From an uncultured Eubacteriales bacterium (lineage in GTDB: Bacteria; Bacillota; Clostridia; Lachnospirales; Bianqueaceae), in contig CADBPG010000005.1 of the NCBI GenBank assembly GCA_902796435.1, positions 148-64,147 of the forward strand: a stretch of DNA of 64,000 bases, given 5' to 3'. The notes beneath the pieces were generated by a model that made no database searches, was not told where the DNA came from, and saw only the letters and a program-made list of their open reading frames with translations. Position numbers and translations under genes: made by a program. Shown here piece by piece: positions 45,008 to 54,727 of this stretch (within the stretch, counting starts at the first letter, position 1; each line of letters starts with the position of its first letter).

Positions 45008-46132
45008 CTAAGCCATTCTGGACTCTGAATCGACCTTCAATACAAGACCGATACCGATCATACTCGCGATCAGGGAACTGCTGCCGTAACTGACGAACGG
45101 AAGCGGGATACCCGTATTCGGCAGCACACCTGTGCAAACACCGATATGGATCGCGGATTGAAAAATAAAGGATACTGCAACACCGATACAAAGCAGCCGG
45201 CCGAAGAAATCTGTGGCACGCTGCGCTATGATCATGATCCGGATGAAGACCAGAAGCACAAGGATGATGACTGTCATACATCCTACGAACCCCAGCTCTT
45301 CTCCGATGATACCAAAAATGAAGTCAGTCGTGGCGACAGGCACCGTTCCGCTGGAATGGAACAATCCTACGCCCAACAGGCCGCCGGAACCGACCGCGTT
45401 GGTGGACTGGATCGTCTGGAAAGCTTCGTCCAGACGGTAGTCCTCCGGATGCTGCCAGGCCTTGATACGCATGACCTGGTAATAGCCCAGGATCTTCGGG
45501 TTTTCACTCATGGCATCCGTATAGATCAGGATGACCAGAAGTGTTCCGATGATAACGCCCGGGATGATGTAACGCCAGCCCAGATTGCCGTTCAGCAACA
45601 TGAAGAAAATGATGGAAACGACAACGACGGAGGTCGAAAGATCCGGCTCTTTATAGATCAGAAACAGCGGGATCACGACCAGGCCGGCAAGGACCGCCAG
45701 AATGATCAGATTATTGATCCGGTCCTGATACATGTTCAGGAACCAGGCCATGAACATGATGATGGCGATCTTGGCGAATTCGGAAGGCTGCAGCATGAAA
45801 CCAGCAGGCAACAGGATCCAGCGACGGATCCCCGCCTCACTGCCAACGCCGATGAACAGGACCGCGATCAGCAGAAGCAAAACGCCGACATACAAAGGTA
45901 TGACGAACAGTTTTAATTTATCATAATTCAGCAGCAGGATGAAGAATATGGCGACCAGACTGATGAAGAAGCCCAGGATCTGGCGCTTCATCATGGGGTC
46001 CAGAGAAAAGTGTTCCTGATCCAGACGCCAGCCGTCCGCACTGCCGATCATAATGATCCCGATGAAAATAAGACAGGCAACTTGCGCAAGGAGCAGAAAA
46101 TCAATGTGTCGCAGGTTATTCTTATCGAACAT
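45008..46132 (-). CDS. rodA: SEDS-family peptidoglycan glycosyltransferase RodA
   Basis: About 10 TM helices and the FtsW/RodA motif LQPSEFAKI. It lies next to mrdA and mreBCD. Confidence 0.85.
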   Translation of the reverse strand: MFDKNNLRHIDFLLLAQVACLIFIGIIMIGSADGWRLDQEHFSLDPMMKRQILGFFISLVAIFFILLLNYDKLKLFVIPLYVGVLLLLIAVLFIGVGSEAGIRRWILLPAGFMLQPSEFAKIAIIMFMAWFLNMYQDRINNLIILAVLAGLVVIPLFLIYKEPDLSTSVVVVSIIFFMLLNGNLGWRYIIPGVIIGTLLVILIYTDAMSENPKILGYYQVMRIKAWQHPEDYRLDEAFQTIQSTNAVGSGGLLGVGLFHSSGTVPVATTDFIFGIIGEELGFVGCMTVIILVLLVFIRIMIIAQRATDFFGRLLCIGVAVSFIFQSAIHIGVCTGVLPNTGIPLPFVSYGSSSLIASMIGIGLVLKVDSESRMA

Positions 46133-46173
46133 TATAACTGTATCTCTCCTCCTTTTGCAAGACTTTCTTTACT

Positions 46174-48963
46174 TTATTCTTCATCATCTTCGGTTTCTTC
46201 GCCCTCTTCGCCTGCAGGTTTCGGTTCCTCCAGGTCATAATAGGCCTCGACCACCTCTTTGAAGACGGGCACAGCCATCGAAGAGCCATTACCGAAGGGG
46301 ATGCAGATGGTCACGGAGATCTCCGGATCATCGATGTTCGTATAGCCGGTATACCACGAGTGGTCCGGATGGGCGGCAGATTCTTCCGCGGTACCGGTCT
46401 TGCCGGCCGTGGTGATGCCCATCTGGTCCAGGATCCCCAGGACTTCACCGGAAGACTGGGTGTTGACCAGACGCATGCCCTGCTTGATGATATCCAGGTT
46501 TTCCTTGGAAACATGGGCGTGGGACACCGGATGCGGATCCTTTTGCGACAGGATCTGCCCGTCCGCACTCTTGACCTGATCCACCAGATACAGGTCGTAT
46601 ACATCACCACCATTGGCTATCGTATTGGTATAGCGGTTGATGTTCGCAACGGAGAAGGCGTTGCCACCCTGCCCGATGGCGGATCGGACCGCATCTTCTG
46701 TGGACAGTCTGGGCGTGGCTTCCGGCAGTTCGATACCGGTCTCCGTTGCAAGACCCAGTTCCGTAGCAAAGTGGGCCAGTTTCTCAAGGCCGAACTGATC
46801 GTTGAAGGTCTTGTCCGGCAGCGGGTCACACAAGTGATAGCCTACATCGTAGAAGAAGTAGTTGCAGGATACCTTGATGGCGTCGATGACGTTGATGGTC
46901 CCGTGGGAGGTCTCGCTCCAACAGACAGGCTTCGCCACACTGTTGACGTTGGGATAGGCATAATCATCGTACACATAGTAATTGGTCGAGATATAGCCCA
47001 ATTCCAGCGCAGTCGCGGCGGTACAAAGCTTGAATGTGGAACCCGGGGCACGCAGCTCCTGCAGCGCACGGAACATCATCGGCGCGGACTGGTCCGCCAG
47101 GATCCTCTGATAGTATTTAGGACTGTTCAGATACAGGTTGGTATCATAGGATGGATAACTGACGATGGCACGCACTTTACCGCTGTCACAGTCCGTAACG
47201 ATCAGAGAACCGGAACAGGGGTCCAGATTGATGTCCGCAGGGGTGATCTCGTCGTTCTGGATCTTCATCAGAAGCAGGGACAGATTGCCCAGATTTCCCT
47301 CCGCGTACAGTTCGCGGGAACCATCGGAATTATCCAGAAACTCCAGATCATAGCACAGCAGGATGAAATCATGGACACTGAACAGATCCTTGGTCAGGAC
47401 ATTGGTGCAGACCAACTGTTCATAAGAGCGGTTGTGCCGGATCGCCTCCAGAATGGTATGGACGATGACGGGCAGGCCCTTCTCCGCCGGAGTGAATCCG
47501 TCTAGACCGAACTCCTCCAGGTCGAAATAACCGCTGTTGTAGCAATAGTCCAGGAATTCCCGGGCAGAAGCCACACCGCCGACATAGCGGACGTAGACTT
47601 CGGAATTATCATCATGATAGGCGTAATCAAGGTAGCCCTGATCCCGCATATACGCAACGATGAAGGTCAGATACTCCAGCATATCCTCCGGATAATAGGC
47701 CAGAATGGTGTCGGAATCCAGCAGATAATGCTCCAGTTCTGTGATCACCCGCTCCGCCTCTTTGTTGTAGACGTTCATGTAGCGGACTGCTTCAGGGTTC
47801 TTGCTGTCCTGGATCGTATACAGGTCAAAGAAACCGTTATTGACCAGGGCAACGATCACGTCCATGGCGGAATAGGACTCGTTGTTCTCCTGATGATAGC
47901 CGGTGATCTTCTCAAGAAGAAGTCTTTTGACGTTCTGATACAGAAGATCGTAGCATTCTTTCTGGAAGTCCGCGTCGATGGTCAGGATCAGGTCATTGCC
48001 CTTGGCAGGATGGACGACGGTCTCTTCCTTCAGACGTTCGCCCGTGCGGCCGGAATATGTCACGGCAACGGTACCCTTGACACTGCGCAGTTCTTCCTCG
48101 TAGGCAGATTCCAGGCCGGCCTTGCCGATGATATCGGTCTCGGTATAGCCCTTGTCCTTGTTGCGCTCCAGCTCTTCTTCGGAGATGCGGCCGGTGTAAC
48201 CGATGATATGGGCAAAATACTTGCCCTGGGGATATGTACGGGTGTATTCTGTTTCGACATAGAAGCCCACATAACGGTCTGACTGTTCCAGAACCACCGC
48301 CTGTGTCTTTTCAGAAATGTTTTCCGCCACCAGGACCGGTTCTTCCGGATTCCAGCGGTTCTGGAAAAAGACATAGCGAATGTTCATCAGGACCAGGACT
48401 GTTTCCATGGGCAGCGTCGGATCGATCTCGAAGGTGATGTCCCGCATGCGATAATAGGCATCTTCCGCGGTGGACTTGGCCTGCTCTTCTGTCAGATCCG
48501 CCCGCTTCGTCCCGAAGATCTCGGCCAGGAAATTCAGCCGGGCTGTTCCGGTAGGATTCGCGTACCGGTCGGTGAAATAAAAGCCGGTATAAGGGTCATA
48601 ACGGATCGGAAGATCGTTGGAGATGGCCAGTTCCTCATGGTTTTCTTCGAGGGTGTCCAGAAGATCCAGCAAAGAATCATTGAGGGATGGTGTATCGCTG
48701 TCGGTCTTGTAATATAAGGACTTGGAGGTGGTATTGACCGCCAGAGGTCTTCCATAGCAATCGTAGATATTGCCGCGGGCACCGCCGATGGAGAATTCCT
48801 CGACTGTATCCTCGTACATCCGCTCTGCATACTCTTCCTCGTTGAGGATCTGCATGATATACAGGTTGCGAATCAGACCGGCGAACATGGCCAGGACCAC
48901 CAGGAGCGTCCAAAGCATGCGGTTGCCCAGAGTCCGGCGTAAAAACAATCCGATCTGCTTCAT
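46174..48963 (-). CDS. mrdA: Penicillin-binding protein 2 (class B transpeptidase), unusually long at 929 aa
   Basis: It has an N-terminal TM helix and transpeptidase motifs STFK (PGSTFKL), SCN (VSCNYF) and KTG (GKTGTAE), plus an acidic C-terminal tail. Confidence 0.9.
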   Translation of the reverse strand: MKQIGLFLRRTLGNRMLWTLLVVLAMFAGLIRNLYIMQILNEEEYAERMYEDTVEEFSIGGARGNIYDCYGRPLAVNTTSKSLYYKTDSDTPSLNDSLLDLLDTLEENHEELAISNDLPIRYDPYTGFYFTDRYANPTGTARLNFLAEIFGTKRADLTEEQAKSTAEDAYYRMRDITFEIDPTLPMETVLVLMNIRYVFFQNRWNPEEPVLVAENISEKTQAVVLEQSDRYVGFYVETEYTRTYPQGKYFAHIIGYTGRISEEELERNKDKGYTETDIIGKAGLESAYEEELRSVKGTVAVTYSGRTGERLKEETVVHPAKGNDLILTIDADFQKECYDLLYQNVKRLLLEKITGYHQENNESYSAMDVIVALVNNGFFDLYTIQDSKNPEAVRYMNVYNKEAERVITELEHYLLDSDTILAYYPEDMLEYLTFIVAYMRDQGYLDYAYHDDNSEVYVRYVGGVASAREFLDYCYNSGYFDLEEFGLDGFTPAEKGLPVIVHTILEAIRHNRSYEQLVCTNVLTKDLFSVHDFILLCYDLEFLDNSDGSRELYAEGNLGNLSLLLMKIQNDEITPADINLDPCSGSLIVTDCDSGKVRAIVSYPSYDTNLYLNSPKYYQRILADQSAPMMFRALQELRAPGSTFKLCTAATALELGYISTNYYVYDDYAYPNVNSVAKPVCWSETSHGTINVIDAIKVSCNYFFYDVGYHLCDPLPDKTFNDQFGLEKLAHFATELGLATETGIELPEATPRLSTEDAVRSAIGQGGNAFSVANINRYTNTIANGGDVYDLYLVDQVKSADGQILSQKDPHPVSHAHVSKENLDIIKQGMRLVNTQSSGEVLGILDQMGITTAGKTGTAEESAAHPDHSWYTGYTNIDDPEISVTICIPFGNGSSMAVPVFKEVVEAYYDLEEPKPAGEEGEETEDDEE

Positions 48964-49502
48964 GAATCTACCTCTTCCCGCTGCATCAGGTTATGGGAGA
49001 TGACTTCCTTGATGCGGAAACGTTCCAGGACGCGGCAGACCGCGGCAATGATGCAGTACAATGGCAGGATGAAGAAGGAAGTATAGGATGCTTCCGGAAC
49101 GATGATCTTGCGCAGATAATACAGGATGTCTGTCTGTCCATGCAAGAAAGCCAGGAAGAAATAATTGACCAGTCCATAGACCAGATCCCCGACCAGGATG
49201 AACAGAAAAAGACTGGTCAGGTTCGAACGGTGCAGGCCCTTTCTGGCCTGACCGCTGATCTGCCCGATCAGGAAGTATAATAAGGCATAGTAACCGATCG
49301 AACGGAAAAACAGCACGTCCTGGGTCAGTCCGACAAAGAAACCGTTCCAGCGTCCGGTCTTGGTACCCTCACACAGGGCAATGGACATGACGGTGATCAA
49401 GGAAAGGTTCGGAATGATACCGTTGATGCGGATATGTGTCAGAAGTGTGGATTCCAGAAGCACGATCAGGAAGGAAAGAAAGAAAAGGAGGAGCTTTCTC
49501 AT
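48960..49502 (-). CDS. mreD: Rod shape-determining protein MreD
   Basis: A small polytopic membrane protein between mreC and mrdA, with overlapping start and stop codons. Confidence 0.8.
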   Translation of the reverse strand: MRKLLLFFLSFLIVLLESTLLTHIRINGIIPNLSLITVMSIALCEGTKTGRWNGFFVGLTQDVLFFRSIGYYALLYFLIGQISGQARKGLHRSNLTSLFLFILVGDLVYGLVNYFFLAFLHGQTDILYYLRKIIVPEASYTSFFILPLYCIIAAVCRVLERFRIKEVISHNLMQREEVDS

Positions 49503-50470
49503 GGTGCAGGCACCTCCTCAGTCTCGGCCTTCATATCTTCCTTCCAGAGTTCCGTGATGATCAGCACGTAGGACAGACCCTGGGTATCGGAAGCGGGTTT
49601 CAGGTAGGCTGTATTGGTCAGACCGTTTTCAGAAGGCTGGATCTCCGTGACCGTACCGATCAAAAGTCCCGGTGGATAGATCTCGCCCAGGGCAGAGGTT
49701 ACGATCTCGTCCCCCACTACCAGATCGGTCTCATTGGGATCGAACTCGATCATGCACAGACCGGAGCTTTCCAGTTCTGTAGCACCGGAAACATTGACGA
49801 TGCTGCGGTTCAGCCGGTTGACTTCGCCGAAGATCCGGCTTTCACTGTTGATCAGCGTCGTAACGACGGCATAATGCTCATAGACCTTGGTGATACGGCC
49901 CAGAAGACCGCCGGATGCCAGTACCGGCATATCCTTGCTGATACCGTCGGCCATACCCTTATCGATGATGAGGGAATCATACCAGTTGTTGTTGGAAAGA
50001 CCTACGATCTGCGCGCCGGTCTTGGGATAGGCTTCATAATAATGATCCAGTTCGTACAGCGCCAGGATCTCCTCGCTCTGGACGACCTCAGTCTTCAGCG
50101 TGGTATTCTCGTAGACATAGTACTCCAGCTCTTCCGTCAACCGCTGGTTCTCTTTCTCCAGCGAACGGATCCGCTTTAATGTAGTCACTGTATCGCCGAT
50201 GAAGTTCTCGACGCTTAAGTACATTTTCTGGAAAGGATGTGCGATCCTTCCGTAGAAGGTGTGCAATGGTTCGATGGACTGTCCGAGGATGATCGTAATG
50301 AACAGACAGATCGCGCAAACAACAGCCACGGCAGCCAACCGGTGTTTGGTCGACATTTTCAGCGGCGTGCGGTCCTGGATCGTCTGAATGGCATCCGTAC
50401 CAGGCAGGAACCTGCTCCTCCATTTGATTTTCTGTCTATGTATTTTCTTCATGAATCGTTCCTTTGACAA
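49499..50470 (-). CDS. mreC: Rod shape-determining protein MreC
   Basis: It has an N-terminal TM helix, a coiled coil (LEKENQRLTEELE) and a C-terminal beta domain (GGLLGRITKV ... YPPGLLIGTV). Confidence 0.85.
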   Translation of the reverse strand: MSKERFMKKIHRQKIKWRSRFLPGTDAIQTIQDRTPLKMSTKHRLAAVAVVCAICLFITIILGQSIEPLHTFYGRIAHPFQKMYLSVENFIGDTVTTLKRIRSLEKENQRLTEELEYYVYENTTLKTEVVQSEEILALYELDHYYEAYPKTGAQIVGLSNNNWYDSLIIDKGMADGISKDMPVLASGGLLGRITKVYEHYAVVTTLINSESRIFGEVNRLNRSIVNVSGATELESSGLCMIEFDPNETDLVVGDEIVTSALGEIYPPGLLIGTVTEIQPSENGLTNTAYLKPASDTQGLSYVLIITELWKEDMKAETEEVPAP

Positions 50471-50476
50471 GGATCC

Positions 50477-51493
50477 TTATTGCAGCAAGTCTGAATAAAC
50501 CCCGTTCCATGCGGAAGGATCCTGCATGACCTTCTGGACGCCGCGGATCACGGCGTCCGAAGTATGCTTTGCTATTTTGATATTTAGATGTGTTCTTTCT
50601 TCAATGAGCTCGAGAAGGCCGCGCATCTGGACAGCACCGCCGGTGGCGATGACACCGTTCTCGATCAGATCGGAAGCAAGTTCCGGAGGCGTCTGCTCCA
50701 GGACCTGGTAGATGCAGTCGACCATTTCATTGACCACCGGCCGGATCGCTTCCCGCATTTCTTCTGTGGTAACTACAGCGGAATCCGGCATACCGGTCTT
50801 CATATTGCGGCCGTTCAACGTGACCTGATCGATCTCCATATCCTGCGGCAGGAGACTGCCGATGCGCAGCTTGGCGCGCTGTGCGGTGGTGATATCGATC
50901 ATGATCCCGTATTGCTTGCGGACATATTCAACGATCTGCCGGCTCAGTTCCCGGCCACCCTTATGCAGGGATCCGGAACAGACAAGACCGCCCAGAGAAA
51001 AGACACCGGCCTGGGTATTGCCGCCGCCGATATTGATGACCATGGTGCCCACGGGTTCCAGGACCGGAAGCCCTGCCCCGATGGCAGCCGCCAAAAGCTC
51101 ATCGATGAAATACAAGCCTTTTTCGTTGAAGCCGGCCTGGATGCAAAGGTCCCGGATCGCTTTACGCTCGATCACGCTGCTGCCGTGGGGGATCGCCATC
51201 AACAGGTCCGGATGCAGCAAAAAGCTGAAGGGCTGATAATGGCGGACGATGAAGCCCAAGGTCTCCCTGGCCGTGGTATAATCCAACGCTCCGTTTTCTT
51301 TGACGAACAACTGCATATAGCGTTCGGTATCGAGAGAAAGAAGCTTTTCAGCCCGTGTTCCGATGGCGGCGATGGACTCTGTCCCGCGTTGGAACACGAT
51401 GATGTTCGGCTCGGTTATGATCGCGCTGCTGGGCGTATAGATGCGAATGAAGTTCGTGCCCAGATCGATACCAAAATCCTTTGCTCCTAACAA
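50477..51493 (-). CDS. mreB: Rod shape-determining protein MreB (actin-like)
   Basis: FGIDLGTNFIRIY, NIGGGNTQ, GGAVQMRGL. The probable TTG start follows a GAGGTG Shine-Dalgarno sequence. Confidence 0.9.
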   Translation of the reverse strand: MLGAKDFGIDLGTNFIRIYTPSSAIITEPNIIVFQRGTESIAAIGTRAEKLLSLDTERYMQLFVKENGALDYTTARETLGFIVRHYQPFSFLLHPDLLMAIPHGSSVIERKAIRDLCIQAGFNEKGLYFIDELLAAAIGAGLPVLEPVGTMVINIGGGNTQAGVFSLGGLVCSGSLHKGGRELSRQIVEYVRKQYGIMIDITTAQRAKLRIGSLLPQDMEIDQVTLNGRNMKTGMPDSAVVTTEEMREAIRPVVNEMVDCIYQVLEQTPPELASDLIENGVIATGGAVQMRGLLELIEERTHLNIKIAKHTSDAVIRGVQKVMQDPSAWNGVYSDLLQ

Positions 51494-51502
51494 ATGATCA
51501 CC

Positions 51503-52243
51503 TCATAGCGGGTCCTGCACATGCAGATGCCCGTGCTCTTTCATAGAATAATAAATACCATTGCCGATCACGATGTGGTCCAGCAGACGGACCTCCATCA
51601 ATTGACCGGCTTCCGCGAGGCGCTGTGTGGTCTCGATATCCTCACGGCTCGGGGTCGGATCCCCCGAAGGATGGTTGTGCAGTATGATAAAGTATACTGC
51701 CTTGCAGGCCATGGCAGCGGCCATGATGTCCCGGGTACAGACCAGCGCCTGCTGGATCGTGCCGACAGACAATGTCTTGTCAGCCAGAAGCATGCCCCTG
51801 TTATTGAAATACAGGACACGCACGGTCTCCTGCTCCAGATACCGCATGGACTCCATGCAGAAATCTGCGACGGAAGCCGGATCCTGGAAGGATACATGCT
51901 CCAGGGCTTTGGCGGAAGCGATGCGGATGGAGATCTCCAGGACCGCTTTCAGCTGGATGGCGTGGACACGACCGATCCCCCGCAGTTTGGACAACTCCTC
52001 CAAAGGCATGAGCAATAACGCGGATAAAGGATCGTTCGCGCCGGCGGTATGGGCAGCTGCAGAAGCAGCGGCGAGGGCCCGGCTGGCGACTTCTGTAACG
52101 CGCTCTCCCCGGGTACCGGAGCGCAAAAGGACCGCCAACAGTTCAGCATCAGAAAGGACCCCGGGACCCAGCCGCTCCAGTTTCTCGTAGGGACGCTCGC
52201 TCTCCGGGAGGTCTTTCATGGTCAGATTCTTTTCTTGCAGCAT
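51503..52243 (-). CDS. radC: RadC-family JAB/MPN domain protein
   Basis: It has a helix-hairpin-helix N-terminus (LSDAELLAVLLRSG) and the JAMM motif HNHPSGDPTPS. Confidence 0.85.
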   Translation of the reverse strand: MLQEKNLTMKDLPESERPYEKLERLGPGVLSDAELLAVLLRSGTRGERVTEVASRALAAASAAAHTAGANDPLSALLLMPLEELSKLRGIGRVHAIQLKAVLEISIRIASAKALEHVSFQDPASVADFCMESMRYLEQETVRVLYFNNRGMLLADKTLSVGTIQQALVCTRDIMAAAMACKAVYFIILHNHPSGDPTPSREDIETTQRLAEAGQLMEVRLLDHIVIGNGIYYSMKEHGHLHVQDPL

Positions 52244-52288
52244 CTTCGTTCTCCTTTTTCATTTCTAACGAAGATGCCGGTATTCGGA

Positions 52289-52795
52289 TTACAGGTCGAA
52301 TTCGATATGGCGGTGTGACAAAGGCAGCTGGCGCAGCCGGACACCGGCCATATTCAACATTTTTTTGGAGGCGATCACATCAGTTGTATCGGCATACTTG
52401 TCATCCTGATAGACGACCTCCCGGATCCCGGACTGGATGATGGCCTTGGCACAATTGCTGCAGGGGAACAACGATACATAGATCGTGGCGCCGCGCAACG
52501 ATGGACCGGCATGGTTCAGGATCGCGTTCAGCTCCGCATGGCAGACATACAGGTACTTGGTGTCCAGCGGGTCGTCCGCGGTACGATCCCAGGGCAGCTC
52601 ATCATCACTGCAGCCGGTGGGCATTCCATTGTAGCCCATGGAAAGGATCCGATGATCTTCGCTGACGATGCAGGCACCGACTTGTGTGTTTGGATCTTTA
52701 CTGCGCATGCCGGATAAAATAGACACGCCCATGAAGTATTCATCCCAGGAAATATAATCTTGACGTTTCACTTGTAGGAGCCTCCTCATCTGCAT
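52289..52795 (-). CDS. comEB: dCMP (deoxycytidylate) deaminase, ComEB type
   Basis: ISWDEYFM, VCHAELNAI, PCSNCAKAI. The start is uncertain: ATG 52795, or GTG 52771, which follows an AGGAGG. Confidence 0.85.
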   Translation of the reverse strand: MQMRRLLQVKRQDYISWDEYFMGVSILSGMRSKDPNTQVGACIVSEDHRILSMGYNGMPTGCSDDELPWDRTADDPLDTKYLYVCHAELNAILNHAGPSLRGATIYVSLFPCSNCAKAIIQSGIREVVYQDDKYADTTDVIASKKMLNMAGVRLRQLPLSHRHIEFDL

Positions 52796-52950
52796 AGTAA
52801 TACATTCAATATTATACTGCAAAGAGCGCTTGATTGCAAGGAATATCCAACGATGAAAAAAAGGATGAAAAGATGTGATCAAAAAAAAGGAAAAGCCGGA
52901 CTCATGGCAAATAAGATAATAACAAGAACTATACACAGGAGGTATATTCT

Positions 52951-53361
52951 ATGATTCAAATCATATCTGGCCGTGAAGGTACCGGCAAAACCAAGAATCT
53001 CATAGATATGGCCAACAACTTAATGAAGGTCACCGACGGGCACATCGTCTATGTCGATATCGACCACAGTCACATGCACAACCTCAGCTATAATATCCGT
53101 CTCGTCAATGTCGATGACTATCCGCTGGATTCCAACCGTGAATTCTTCGGCTTCGTCTGCGGTATTCTCTCTCAGGATTATGATATTAAAACTATCTTCA
53201 TCGACGGTCTTCTGAAAAACGCGAAGATCGATCCGGCCCGTGTGGACACGCTCATCCATAAAATCGAAAAGGTTTCCGAGAAGAACCACGTCGATTTCAT
53301 CATCAGTGTCTGCGCTGATGCGGAAGAACTTCCGGAAAGCGTACGGCCCTATATCATCTAA
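52951..53361 (+). CDS. Small hypothetical P-loop protein (136 aa)
   Basis: It has a canonical Walker A, GREGTGKT, at residues 7-14 and a Walker-B-like TIFIDG. I recognised no other family. Confidence 0.55.
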   Translation: MIQIISGREGTGKTKNLIDMANNLMKVTDGHIVYVDIDHSHMHNLSYNIRLVNVDDYPLDSNREFFGFVCGILSQDYDIKTIFIDGLLKNAKIDPARVDTLIHKIEKVSEKNHVDFIISVCADAEELPESVRPYII

Positions 53362-53381
53362 GCTTTATTCCAACAACAAAC

Positions 53382-53422
53382 AAGGCACGCTCCCCTCTTT
53401 CGGGATCGTGCCTTTATTTTTA
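53382..53422 (+). terminator. Rho-independent terminator after the small P-loop gene
   Basis: Stem AAGGCACGCTCCC / GGGATCGTGCCTT (1 mismatch) followed by a T-rich tail. Confidence 0.65.
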
Positions 53423-54727
53423 TTCTCTTTCAGGAAGCAGGTTTGCTTCGACCAGACCCAGAAGAACGTTCCAGACGCGTTTCATGCTTTCCGGATCAGG
53501 TTTGCCATCGGCCATATCTACGCCGATGCTGATGGCATCCATACCTTGGATAGCTTCTACAATGACCATGCAGGCGTTCTCGCTATGGATCGCTCCGGTG
53601 TCCGGGCGGGATCCATTCTGCTTTTCATATACGATGCAGTATTGCTCCAGGATATCACTCTCATTCTGGTGCTTCCAGCAGGGAAAATCACCGAAGGAAC
53701 GGAAATTCAGCCGGTTCATTTCAGCCAGGAGTTCCCACTTCTCACGCAGGGCATCCTTCTGCCCATCGTCAAAGCTGCGGACGGAAACCTCGATCTCGAA
53801 ACGATCCTTGCGGGATACGATCATACGCATGTTGCAGGAGGTCTCCACCATCTGGTCCTGGTCCGGATCCATGTTGATGACACCATTCGGTGCCAGGTTC
53901 AGGAAGCTCAGGATCCGGCCGGTCTCGTCCATGGACATGGGCGTCCAATAGGGAATATGCTCCACGCCTGTGGGATAGTGGACCTCGATCCGCGCACCGG
54001 GGTCAGTTGTACTGAAGCGTTTTGCCAGATCCTCACCGAACCACCAGCATCCACGGTCCAAATCGGCCTTTTTATCCTCGCGGATCCATAATCTCGCGTA
54101 GCATTCAGAAGGAATACCACTGTAGGGAGAACCGCCGGAGATCTCGACCAGCTGTGTCTCAATGGAATAATTGTACCAGTTGAAAAGAAATTCACCCATT
54201 AGCTTGATGGCGTTGCCGCGGTTGAAATGGATGTCTCTGGCACCGTGGCCGCCCTGCAGTCCGAAGATACGCACTTCCACCGGGATCATATGGTTCATGA
54301 CCTGGGTACGGTAAATGTCGGTATCGAAAACAAGACGCACCAGTCCGCTGCAGGAAGAGATGACGTATCTTTCGCTTGTACCGTCCAGATTGATCATATA
54401 ACGGGATGTCAGCTGCTTAAAATCAAATTTCGGAAGAGATGCCCGTCCGTCTGCACCGATCTTTGTGGCCAGAATTTCCAAAGCAGGACAGGGATCCGGT
54501 GCACCGATGATCGCTTCACACATGAATGCCAATGCCTGCCGGCTGCTGCCCTGCAGCAGTACCTTGCCGGTCTTTGTGGGATAATGGACTGCCGGTTTAC
54601 GGATCAGAATATTACCGGCTGCATCCTGGATGCAGACCAGTTTCTTTTCCTCCGCAAGATGGATCAGTTCCTCTCTGAACGCCTGCTCATCTGCGTTTGT
54701 CAATAAAAAATCATAGGGATCTTTCAT
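53420..54727 (-). CDS. PepD-like (M20C aminoacyl-histidine dipeptidase family) homologue, probably catalytically inactive
   Basis: Collinear PepD-like blocks are present (AAGNILIRKP, GLQGGHGARDIH..GNAIKLM, LAPNGVI, VETSCNM, GDFPCWK). The expected metal-ligand motifs are substituted. Confidence 0.6.
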   Translation of the reverse strand: MKDPYDFLLTNADEQAFREELIHLAEEKKLVCIQDAAGNILIRKPAVHYPTKTGKVLLQGSSRQALAFMCEAIIGAPDPCPALEILATKIGADGRASLPKFDFKQLTSRYMINLDGTSERYVISSCSGLVRLVFDTDIYRTQVMNHMIPVEVRIFGLQGGHGARDIHFNRGNAIKLMGEFLFNWYNYSIETQLVEISGGSPYSGIPSECYARLWIREDKKADLDRGCWWFGEDLAKRFSTTDPGARIEVHYPTGVEHIPYWTPMSMDETGRILSFLNLAPNGVINMDPDQDQMVETSCNMRMIVSRKDRFEIEVSVRSFDDGQKDALREKWELLAEMNRLNFRSFGDFPCWKHQNESDILEQYCIVYEKQNGSRPDTGAIHSENACMVIVEAIQGMDAISIGVDMADGKPDPESMKRVWNVLLGLVEANLLPERE

